Shown: in pieces, positions 9,762 through 19,700 of the stretch | Layout of the letters: every line of letters starts with the position of its first letter | Numbering within the stretch: position 1 is the first letter of the stretch | Virus record (IMG/VR): IMGVR_UViG_3300042892_002174 | Location: 4,331 to 68,330 of that record | From: a virus | Reading direction: 5' to 3' (one strand) | Length of the DNA stretch: 64,000 nucleotides | Position numbers and translations under genes: made by a program | Notes under the pieces: generated by a model | Told to the model about the DNA's origin: nothing | What the model saw: only the letters and a program-made list of their open reading frames with translations | The model's database searches: none

Positions 9762-11267
9762 ATGGCAACAGAAGTACAACGCAGTAGAGGACGCCCCACA
9801 AACTACAAGTTTGATCGTGGAGGTGTGCCTGCGGAGTTTGGACCATTTTATGGCATAGTAAAAAACACCACAGACTCAATAAGATCTGGCCGCATACAAG
9901 TTTATATTGAAGCATTTTCCAACGGTGGCGAAAATGAATCGTCAAAATGGATCACAGTAAGCTACATGCCACAGTTTTTTGGATCAACTCCTTACAATCC
10001 TGCCAAGACAGGATTGGGATCATACATTGACGGCAACTCCAACAGCTATGGCATGTGGTTTACTCCACCGGATGTGGGCATCACAGTTTTATGTGTGTTT
10101 GTTAACGGTGACCGCAGTCAAGGTTATTATATTGGCACAGCACCTGACCAAAGCATAGGACACATGGTTCCTGCTGTGGGTGCCAGCACAGCATTTGTTA
10201 CTGAGAATGAAAGTCAAGCTGCTTATTTCAATGGCGCTGTTCGATTGCCTGTGGTAGAAATCAACACTAATAATCTTGCGTTGGAAGAGTCTGGCCGGTT
10301 TTTTGACAAACCCAAACCTGTACACGGCGTGGTTGCAGAAACCATGTTCCGTCAGGGACTGATTAAAGATCCTGAGCGTGGCCCTATCGGTAGTTCAAGT
10401 CAACGTGAGTCACCTTCTGCTGTGTACGGCATCAGCACACCAGGATCTGCTGTGTATCAAGGCGGTATGAAGTTTGGTGAAATACAAGAAAAAATTGCTG
10501 CTGGAACATTAAAACCTCAAGACCTCAAAGTGATAGGCCGTGTGGGCGGACACAGCATGGTAATGGATGATGGTGATACCAACGGCTCCAATCGATTGTT
10601 GCGTTTTAGAACCACCTCTGGCCATCAAATCACAATGAGCGACAGCGGAGACTTTTTCTACATCACTCATGCCAATGGCCTAGCTTGGTTCGAACTTGGT
10701 TCACAAGGCACACTAGATGTGTATGCCACAAACTCAATTAACTTGCGCACTCGTGGCGACATTAATTTGCATGCTGATAGAGATATCAACATGTATGCTG
10801 GCGGCAGTATCAAAGCCAAAGCCATAGAAGATATTACCTTGCAAGCTGATGCAGACTTTACTGTGATATCTCAACAAAATTTAAAACTATATGGCAAGAG
10901 CTATATTGGTGTAAAATCAGATGGCAGTTTGGCTTTGCAAAGTGCTACCGGCAGCTGGGACGGTGGCAGTGCATTGAAATTCACAGCAGGTGGTATTGAT
11001 CTCAACGGCCCTGCTGCTGATGCAGTATCTGCGCCCAACAACTTGACCACAACTATTTTAGATGACACCACATTCAGTAGTGCTACCGGATGGACAGTCA
11101 AAACAGATGGATTAGAAAGCATTGTGACTCGAGCACCCACACACGAACCATATCCTTACCACAACAAAGGTGTGGATATTGAAATTCCACTAGAAGCAGG
11201 ACAGCCGCCGCCTAACCCAGGTGCTGTGCCAGTGCCTGCTGGATTTGAGGTAGCAAGAAAAGCATGA
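9762..11267 (+). CDS. Baseplate central spike, gp5/VgrG-like (OB fold plus beta-helix)
   Basis: SGRIQVYI, SYGMWFTPPDVG.TVLCVFVNGD (gp5 OB fold), GHSMVMDD, RTTSGHQITMSD, then short beta-repeats. Confidence 0.8.
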   Translation: MATEVQRSRGRPTNYKFDRGGVPAEFGPFYGIVKNTTDSIRSGRIQVYIEAFSNGGENESSKWITVSYMPQFFGSTPYNPAKTGLGSYIDGNSNSYGMWFTPPDVGITVLCVFVNGDRSQGYYIGTAPDQSIGHMVPAVGASTAFVTENESQAAYFNGAVRLPVVEINTNNLALEESGRFFDKPKPVHGVVAETMFRQGLIKDPERGPIGSSSQRESPSAVYGISTPGSAVYQGGMKFGEIQEKIAAGTLKPQDLKVIGRVGGHSMVMDDGDTNGSNRLLRFRTTSGHQITMSDSGDFFYITHANGLAWFELGSQGTLDVYATNSINLRTRGDINLHADRDINMYAGGSIKAKAIEDITLQADADFTVISQQNLKLYGKSYIGVKSDGSLALQSATGSWDGGSALKFTAGGIDLNGPAADAVSAPNNLTTTILDDTTFSSATGWTVKTDGLESIVTRAPTHEPYPYHNKGVDIEIPLEAGQPPPNPGAVPVPAGFEVARKA

Positions 11268-12889
11268 GCACATTTAATTTTGATTTTAATGGGCAAAAGT
11301 TTGAAATCAAAGCCCCAACTGGCACTACATTTGAACAGGCCAAAGCAGTGTTTGATCAACAAACAGCCAGCGGCGGCCTTACAGGATTTAGAGTTGGAGA
11401 TGTGCTAAGTCCAGCTACTCAAGCTGCTGCCGGCTTGGCAGCTGCTGAAAGTCAAGTAACACAAGGCCTGGCATCATTGACCGGCAAATTGCCTGCTGGT
11501 ACAAATCTAAGCAGTCTCACAGCCAGCATAGGAACACTAGGACAAGGTGCAGGCGCACAAGTAGCCAGCGCATTAAAAGGTGGTGCGGCTGCATTTAATT
11601 CACTAACCACTGGAGCCAGCGCCGCTACTGCTGCCATCAGTTCAACACTGTCAGGCGCTGGTGCTGGATTTTCGTTACCGTCAGCATCAGCAATCACAGG
11701 TGCGCTGACTGGTGCGGCCGCACAGGTAGGTAGCTTGGCCAGCACAGCAGTTGGCACACTATCTGGGTTGATCAAAGGAACTCCCACTAATGGTATCAAC
11801 ATAGCGGACTTTGCCAAACAAGGTCCAGCATTAAGTGGTATTGGCAACATGAGTTTGCCTGATGTAACTGGTGCTCTAGCACAGGCCAGCAAGTTGGTAG
11901 GACAAGGTGCCAGCACAATCAGCAATGCATTAGGTGCAGGAAAATTTGGGCTTGATGCCAGTCAACTTGAGCGTGCTGGCCTTGTGAAGCCAGGCACTGC
12001 CGCAGCCTTCCTATCAGCAGGCGACAACGATCTTGTTAGTGTGTTAAAAAGTCCCACAGTGTGGACTGGCAAAGATGGTGTAAAAGGACTTGACGGCTTG
12101 TTAGGCAATAGTGGATTGCAAGACAAAGTGCAACAGGGATTGATGAAAACTGGACTTAATGATTTAAAATCAATTGGCATACCCACAGACAAATTGACTC
12201 CACAGGCACTCAGTGGCCTGGCCACCAATGCTGCCAAGAGTGTGACAGACACTGCTAACTGGGCCAAGAATGCGCCAGGGTTACCCGCAGACATCAAAGC
12301 CAAATTTGATACCACGGCTGTAAATGGTGCATTTGCTGTGAATTTAACACAGGCCAAAGTGGATGAGCCTGTGTTGCAAGAAACCAAACCAGTAGCTGCT
12401 GACAATACTGTTAACAGTGCAACAGTTGATGCCGCAGCCAACCGAGTTACAGGTGATGAACGAGTGCCTCAAATTAGCGGCAATAACTCAACCAATTCTG
12501 TTGCTGTCTTTGCATTTGCAGACTTTATAAAGTCTCTAAGTGCATCATTCTCTGCATTGAAAACAAAAATTAATTCAATTAACCAAGAGTATCAAACTAT
12601 TACTCAAGAGCAATGGAATCTTCTAAACAGTGAAGCTATTACACTACGAGCTACAGTTAGAGCAAGGCTAACCGATCTCAATAGTGCTGCTCTTAAAGAA
12701 CTGGATGCTATAGAAAATCTTAACCTAGGCACTTACACTCGAAACAATATTATCAACACATACAATTTTACACTAGAAGACGCAAAATCAATGACTGCTC
12801 TTAGTGAAGAAATTAGACAATTACTTAAAGAGTTAGCTTTCAAAATTTCAGTTAGAGCAACCAGTAATAACTACAATAGTGCTGGTTAA
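11264..12889 (+). CDS. Tail/baseplate-associated protein with Ala/Gly-rich region and possible degenerate lysozyme-like domain
   Basis: Coupled to the gp5-like gene (ATGA); GKFGL..SQLERAGLVKPG...WTGKDGV...LQDK segment; AT-rich helical C-terminus. Confidence 0.45.
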   Translation: MSTFNFDFNGQKFEIKAPTGTTFEQAKAVFDQQTASGGLTGFRVGDVLSPATQAAAGLAAAESQVTQGLASLTGKLPAGTNLSSLTASIGTLGQGAGAQVASALKGGAAAFNSLTTGASAATAAISSTLSGAGAGFSLPSASAITGALTGAAAQVGSLASTAVGTLSGLIKGTPTNGINIADFAKQGPALSGIGNMSLPDVTGALAQASKLVGQGASTISNALGAGKFGLDASQLERAGLVKPGTAAAFLSAGDNDLVSVLKSPTVWTGKDGVKGLDGLLGNSGLQDKVQQGLMKTGLNDLKSIGIPTDKLTPQALSGLATNAAKSVTDTANWAKNAPGLPADIKAKFDTTAVNGAFAVNLTQAKVDEPVLQETKPVAADNTVNSATVDAAANRVTGDERVPQISGNNSTNSVAVFAFADFIKSLSASFSALKTKINSINQEYQTITQEQWNLLNSEAITLRATVRARLTDLNSAALKELDAIENLNLGTYTRNNIINTYNFTLEDAKSMTALSEEIRQLLKELAFKISVRATSNNYNSAG

Positions 12890-12907
12890 TTTTAAATAAA
12901 TATTGTC

Positions 12908-13282
12908 ATGACTACCTTTGTTGGCTTTAACACACAGAATCAATACAAAAAATTCACACTAGTGGACTTTGAATTGGTCAAGCGCGATCTCTTGAATGCG
13001 TTCAACATTCGGCAAGGTCAACTGCCCGGGCGCCCTGCGTATGGCACAATACTGTGGAACTACTTGTTTGAAAATCAAGTTGATGCAGTGCAACAAGGCA
13101 TTGTCAATGAAGTGCAACGAGTGGCTGGCGGCGATCCCAGAATATTCATCAGCAACATCAACGTGTACCCCCAGGAAAATGGCATGCTGATTGAATTGGA
13201 AATACAGACGGTGGGCGGAGTAAATGCCGAAATACTAAACGTATTCTTCAATCAAGTCAGCCGCTCGGCCAGCTATGTATAA
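12908..13282 (+). CDS. Baseplate wedge protein (T4 gp25-like)
   Basis: LVKRDLLNAFNIRQGQ.PGRP.YGTILWNYLFE...DPRI pattern; 124 aa; TAAATA at 12893-12902 upstream. Confidence 0.85.
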   Translation: MTTFVGFNTQNQYKKFTLVDFELVKRDLLNAFNIRQGQLPGRPAYGTILWNYLFENQVDAVQQGIVNEVQRVAGGDPRIFISNINVYPQENGMLIELEIQTVGGVNAEILNVFFNQVSRSASYV

Positions 13283-13285
13283 CTA

Positions 13286-13309
13286 CGCCGTTTTTTATCT
13301 ACATAAATA
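13286..13309 (+). promoter_or_regulatory. Putative late promoter (TAAATA) with upstream CGCCGTTTTT element
   Basis: CGCCGTTTTT-N8-TAAATA in the intergenic gap before the gp6-like gene. Confidence 0.55.
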
Positions 13310-13338
13310 ACAGATAAAGAATACAAGGCCCGGACATA

Positions 13339-16300
13339 ATGGCAAAAACCACTAGACAAACAGCGATATTTGGTGTAGAAGATTGGAAACAGATCTATCA
13401 AACCTATCGCGAAGCAGACTTTCAAAGTTATGATTTTGAAACTCTACGCAAGAGTTTTACTGATTATCTGCGTTTGTACTATCCAGAAACGTTCAATGAC
13501 TACATTGAGTCATCTGAATACATTGCTTTACTAGACGTTATTGCGTTTATGGGGCAGGCCTTGGCCTTCCGCACTGACCTAAACACTCGTGAAAATTATT
13601 TAGACACAGCCGAACGCAGAGATTCAGTCACTCGATTGGCCAATTTGGTCAGTTACACTGCCAAACGCAACACAGCCGCACAGGGCTTGCTCAAAGCATT
13701 CTCAGTGACCACAACAGAAAATGTTGTGGATTACAACGGAGTGAATCTGGCCAACGTCACAGTGAACTGGGCAGATCCTACAAACTTTGACTGGTTGGAA
13801 CAGTGGAATGCCATTGTAAACTCATCCTTGGTCAGCAGTCAAAAGATTGGCCGACCTGCAAATCGCCAGACTATTCTAGGTGTCGACACTAATGAATATG
13901 GTATTAATTTGGTACCCGGGTTCCTGCCAGTGGTGCCGTATACTGCCACAGTGGATGGTGTAAACATGCCGTTTGAAGCCACAACTTCATCCACATCCGG
14001 AAGAGACTACATTTACGAACCCAGTCCAAAACCCAACAGCACATTTAATTTGTTGTATCGAAATGATCAACTGGGATATCAGTCAGCCAACAACGGATAC
14101 TTTTTCTTTTTCAAACAAGGCACATTGCAGAATCAAGACTTTAACTTGGCCGAACGCATTGCCAATCGCACAGTAAACATCAACATTGATGGTGTGAATA
14201 ACGAAGACCGATGGTTGTTCCAGCTGGACAATGTGGGCAGTATCAGCCGAGAGTGGACATTTACTGAAAACATTTATTCATCGGCCGCAGAACAAACCGC
14301 AACACTAAGACCAATTTTTTCCACTACCAGTAGAACCAATGACCAGATTACCATGGTGTTTGGTGATGGTGTGTTTTCAGAAATTCCAGTTGGTATCTTC
14401 CGTGCGTATGTTCGTGCGTCAAATGGCTTGCAATACATTATTAATCCTGCAGAAATGCAAAACGTTGTGTTGCCAATCAGCTATGTTGATCGAAATGGCA
14501 ACCTACAAACCATTACATTCACCTGCGGCATCACACAACCTGTAAGCAATGCACAAAGTCGTGAAAGCATTGATGCTATCAAGCAACGTGCTCCAGCAAG
14601 ATACTACACACAAAATCGCATGGTCAACGGCGAAGACTACAACCTGTTTCCGTTTACTCTTTACAATTCAATTATCAAATCAAAAGCGGTCAACCGTGCT
14701 TCAATTGGTACCAGCCGATACTTAGACTTGGTAGATAACACAGGCAAATATTCATCAACCAACACATTCTCTAGTGATGGTGCCATATGGGAAAATAATA
14801 TTTTGCCTGCTACACTATTTGCCTGGACTAACCGCAACGAAATTGCTGAACTTATTACCAATCAAGTACAGCCTGCAATTGCTGGTGCTACGTTTACTCA
14901 ATTTTATTACGCAAATTTTCCAAGGATAACTGTAAACACTGGCACCACTGCACTCAGTACCTGGCACCAAAGCACAACATTGGCCAACGAAACCACAGGG
15001 TATTTTCAAAATGCATTGGGTGCGCCAGTCATGGTTGGATCTTCCAGTAGCACTGCATTCAAGTATGTGGTGCAAAAAAGTTTGATTAAATTTGTTCCTC
15101 CAGTTATTGACGGTCAGCCCTATTACTTTGATGCCAACAACAGATTAAAACCTGGCCTGCCAACTAGACCTGAAGACCACTTGGAAATTTGGGCCAGCCC
15201 ACTTGCAGTGGTAGGTGATGGCAGCAATGGCGGTGTTGGCAATTTGACCAATGGACAAGGACCAGTGGCACTTAATAATTTTGTGCCCACTGGAGCAATT
15301 GTAGACAGTATTATTCCTGTATTCCTTACTGACCTTAGCACTGTCATTCGTGAAGAAATAACACAGCAAATTTTGTTGTATAGAAATTTTGGTCTTGGGT
15401 ATGACAGTGACGGAACTGTTACAGGCACCGCTGGTACATGGTATGTTATTACCAGTACCAACTTGGATGCTGATGCCACTTGGAGTCAAGCGTATGCAGG
15501 CAATACATCTGGACAAAATTTAGATGCTTCTTGGATGATACAGTTTGTGGCAGTGGATAACAAATACACAATTACATTCCGGGGACTTGCATATTACTTT
15601 GGTTCTGTTCTTCAAACAAGATTTTTCTTCTATGGCAATCAAAAGATTTACGACAGTCGGACAGGAACCACAATCAAAGACTTTATTAACGTGCTGGCAG
15701 TGAATACCAAACCAGACAGCTCGTCTTCATTGCCCGGCGACATCTATACCACTATCATTGGCCAACCAGTAGAGAGTGATGGATACGTTGACGACTTCCA
15801 GGTATTGATCAGCTATAGAGATTCAGACTCAGATGGCGTGCCTGACAATCCAGATTTTTTCAATGAGATTGTTGCTCCAAGTGTTAATCCCAATCTCAAA
15901 CTGGTATTCCTGCAACAAACTGTGGATTTTGACAATTTGCAACGATATTTGTTGGCAGAACCAGGAGTGGTCAATTCGGACTATCCTACCTATGATTCCA
16001 TTGAACTGGTAAAATTCCAGTATTCCCCAGGACAGGTGTTTTATGGGTACAGTGATGAATTATTTTATACACTCACAGTCAACACCGCTGGCGTAAGAGT
16101 GATAACTCAGGCCGCGGAGGGTGAGTGGATTGCTAGAACAGGACGACAGGCGTTGTATTTCCAGTACCGCCACAATTCGCCATTGACCAACAGAATTGAT
16201 CCAGGCACCACCAACATTATTGACCTATATGTTGTGACACAGGCTTACTACACTGCTTATCAAAATTGGATTACAGATACCACTGGTACCGTGACAGAAC

Positions 16301-16785
16301 CAGATGTTCCAACTATTGATGAACTCAGCACAGAGTACCAAAATCTCAATGAATACAAGATGCTGAGCGATAATATTGTTTTAAATTCTGTAGTGTTCAA
16401 ACCTTTGTTTGGTCCCAAAGCTGCCAAAACATTGCAAGCCACTATCAAAGTTATCCGTGCTCAAAATTCCACAGCCAGCAACAGTGAGATACAAAGTTCT
16501 GTGTTAGCAGCCATGAATGAGTACTTTAGCATTGACAAATGGAGTTTTGGCGACACATTTTATTTCTCAGAACTAGCAGCATACCTGCACAGATATCTTG
16601 GAACCATAATCAGTTCAGTGGTACTAGTGCCACTAGACACACAAAAATACTTTGGCGACATGTACGAAGTACGAGCAGAACCCAGTGAAATATTTGTCAA
16701 CGGCGCCACTATCGACAATATTATTGTGATTGATGCATTGACCAGTACCAACTTGCGTACTGCACCTGGCAGCGGAGTAATTTAA
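13339..16785 (+). CDS. Baseplate wedge protein (T4 gp6-like)
   Basis: DFQSYDFETLR, ENYLDTAERRDSV.RLA.LVSY, FGDGVF and ESIDAIKQRAP..YYTQNRMV.GEDY motifs. Confidence 0.85.
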   Translation: MAKTTRQTAIFGVEDWKQIYQTYREADFQSYDFETLRKSFTDYLRLYYPETFNDYIESSEYIALLDVIAFMGQALAFRTDLNTRENYLDTAERRDSVTRLANLVSYTAKRNTAAQGLLKAFSVTTTENVVDYNGVNLANVTVNWADPTNFDWLEQWNAIVNSSLVSSQKIGRPANRQTILGVDTNEYGINLVPGFLPVVPYTATVDGVNMPFEATTSSTSGRDYIYEPSPKPNSTFNLLYRNDQLGYQSANNGYFFFFKQGTLQNQDFNLAERIANRTVNINIDGVNNEDRWLFQLDNVGSISREWTFTENIYSSAAEQTATLRPIFSTTSRTNDQITMVFGDGVFSEIPVGIFRAYVRASNGLQYIINPAEMQNVVLPISYVDRNGNLQTITFTCGITQPVSNAQSRESIDAIKQRAPARYYTQNRMVNGEDYNLFPFTLYNSIIKSKAVNRASIGTSRYLDLVDNTGKYSSTNTFSSDGAIWENNILPATLFAWTNRNEIAELITNQVQPAIAGATFTQFYYANFPRITVNTGTTALSTWHQSTTLANETTGYFQNALGAPVMVGSSSSTAFKYVVQKSLIKFVPPVIDGQPYYFDANNRLKPGLPTRPEDHLEIWASPLAVVGDGSNGGVGNLTNGQGPVALNNFVPTGAIVDSIIPVFLTDLSTVIREEITQQILLYRNFGLGYDSDGTVTGTAGTWYVITSTNLDADATWSQAYAGNTSGQNLDASWMIQFVAVDNKYTITFRGLAYYFGSVLQTRFFFYGNQKIYDSRTGTTIKDFINVLAVNTKPDSSSSLPGDIYTTIIGQPVESDGYVDDFQVLISYRDSDSDGVPDNPDFFNEIVAPSVNPNLKLVFLQQTVDFDNLQRYLLAEPGVVNSDYPTYDSIELVKFQYSPGQVFYGYSDELFYTLTVNTAGVRVITQAAEGEWIARTGRQALYFQYRHNSPLTNRIDPGTTNIIDLYVVTQAYYTAYQNWITDTTGTVTEPDVPTIDELSTEYQNLNEYKMLSDNIVLNSVVFKPLFGPKAAKTLQATIKVIRAQNSTASNSEIQSSVLAAMNEYFSIDKWSFGDTFYFSELAAYLHRYLGTIISSVVLVPLDTQKYFGDMYEVRAEPSEIFVNGATIDNIIVIDALTSTNLRTAPGSGVI

Positions 16786-19700
16786 TGGCACGAGTACGCA
16801 GCGTAGATTTTCTTCCTGAGATTTTTCAGACCGATGCCAACAAGCAATTTTTGGCTGCTACATTGGATCAATTGATTCAAGAGCCAAAATTTAAAAAGAC
16901 ACAAGGCTACATTGGCCGCACAGTTGGTCCAGGAGTGAACCCCAACGACAAATATGTTCTTGAGCCTAATAAAGCTCGCGCAGACTATCAACTTGAACCA
17001 GGTGTGATCAGTGTTGATCCTACAGATAACACTAAGATATTAGATGCTATTACCTATCCAGGTATAACTGATTCATTGGTATACCAAGGCAGTCCTTCAA
17101 CACAACCCAGTCGACTGTACACAAGTGATTACTACACATTTGATCCGTTTATTGACTTTGACACATTTGTAAACTTCAGTCAGTACTACTGGGTTCCAAA
17201 TGGACCAGATGTGGTAACAGTACAGTCTCCGGGCGTTGCTCTGAGTCAAAACTTCGTGGTGAATAGAGCCAATGGAGTTTACACGTTTTCAGGAGTAACT
17301 GGTAACAACCCTATAATAAATTTAGTTCGTGGCGGAAACTACACGTTCCAAGTAGCACAGAACAACAAAGAAACTGTTAACTACAAAGTCACACGCACTA
17401 ACGTTACTAGCTATAACATTGACAATGCCCCCAACGCCACTATTGTTCTAACACGTGGTAACACCTACACTTTCAATTTGTTTTTGCAAGGTGACTTTCC
17501 ATTCTGGATCAAAACTGCTGCTACCATTGGCACAGGCGATGCCTACAGTTCAGGAGTCACACGCAATGGTTCAACAACTGGTGTAGTAACATTTACTGTG
17601 CCACAAGACGCACCTGACACACTATATTACTCTTGTCAAAGTCAAAGTCTCATGCGCGGCACCATCAGTATTATTGACGCACAGCCTGGCGATGGCCCGG
17701 GATTTTGGATCCAAACAGATCCAGGAATAAGTGGTGAAAATCCCAGTACTCCAAACATAAGCTCTAGATCCGTATATGGTGTTACTGACAATGGCACTGA
17801 CCTTGGCATAATCAATTTTAACGTGCCACAAAAAACAGCACAAGATTTTTTCTACAGTCTTACCAGTATTGGTACTGTGGATCTTGTGACTGATTTGAGT
17901 TTTGACGACATCAACGGTGCTAGACTAGACCAGTTTATTGCCACATATGGTGGCATTGATGGAATTACTCAACTTAACACAAGAACACTAGTGTTTGTTA
18001 ATGCCTCAGGCAATCCTGCTACTGATTACTATGATGTCTGGCGCATAGAGTATGTCACAGTTGGTGCCTTTACCTACCTTTCGTTGATCAGCATACAAAC
18101 CATAAACAACTTGGAAAAATGGACCATACGATATGGCACAGACTACTCCAGCACACAATGGTATAAAAATCAAGCTGGTTACATAGTCGAAATTCCGGTG
18201 CTTACTGCCAAACAGGACACATTGTATTACCAAGATGGTACTGACCCAGAAATGTTTGGCATCATACGATTGATTGAGCAAGAAAATGACAGCACAGTTT
18301 ATATAGATGACATTTTGGGCAAGCCCAACTACACCAGCTCAACTGGTGTGGTGTTTACCAATGGACTAAAAGTTCAGTTCTTAGGCAATGTGTCGCCGGC
18401 CAGTTATGCCACTGGGTCTAATGCTTTTATTTGCACAAACACCGCGGCAGGTATTAATCTTATTACCACAGAATCCACAGCAGGAATGGCAGTAGGACAA
18501 GAAATTATTTTTGCTGGCACACCATTTGGCGGCATAAGCACAGGTGTAACCTATTATGTTCAGGCAATTTTTAGCACCAGTCAATTCAAAGTAAGTGTAA
18601 CCAAAAACGGTGCAGCACTAACACTGACTTCTGCCAATGGCACCATGACTGCTATTGCTAGTCAAAATCCACAATACTATGTGAATGGAGTAGGCACTGC
18701 AATAGAACTATTACCTGTAGAAAATTACATCACTCCAGAAGAATATGCCACTGCTGATGCTGTTGATTATCTTACTATCAATCGTGACAGTCCAGACCTA
18801 AACGCATGGAGTCGTAGTAATCGTTGGTTCCATATTGATGTTCTCAACGCCACAAGCACATACAATGACACACCGGTTGTGATAGACAACGATCGCAAAG
18901 CCAAACGACCAATTATACAATTCCGTGGCGGCATTAAATTGTATAACATGGGAACAGCAGCCAAACAGCCAGTGGATACCATTGACTTTACTGAAACTGA
19001 TGCGTTTAGCAACATAGAAGGCAGCACTGCATATTCAGTAAATGATTACACATTTGTCAATGGCAGCCGTGTAATTTTTGCAGCCGACGAAGATCCAGTT
19101 GTACGCAGTAAAATTTATGTAGTGAATTTTATTATACCAGATACCGTAGTGCCGTTAATTACACAACCAATTATAAATTTGGTAGAAGCAGTTGACGGAG
19201 AAATTTTAGCCAACCAGAATACAGTGTGCCTTAGTGGATCACAAGTTGGGGTTACTTTCTGGTATGATGGGGTAAACTGGCTAGAAGCACAACAAAAAAC
19301 CGCAGTGCAACAAGCACCATTGTTTGATGTATATGATGCCAATGGGATAAGTTTGTCTAGCAGAACTACATACCCTAGTTCAACATTCACAGGCACAAAA
19401 TTGTTTAGCTATGCCACTGGATCAGGCCTGGCCGATCCTGTGTTGCAGCTTGTACTCAAATATCTCACATTGACCAATGTGGGAGATATTGTGTTTGATA
19501 ACAATTTGTATTCAGATACATTTGTGTACGTGGTGGATAATGCCAGTGTCACTTTGCCAATCAGCACAGGATTTGTATATGAGTATGCATCAAGAACTGT
19601 GTACAAGAGATCAATTGGATGGCAAACGGCTGCTGTGCCAACTTTAATGAGTCAGCAGTTTAAATTTATCTATGACACTACCCCATTGAGACTTGATGTC

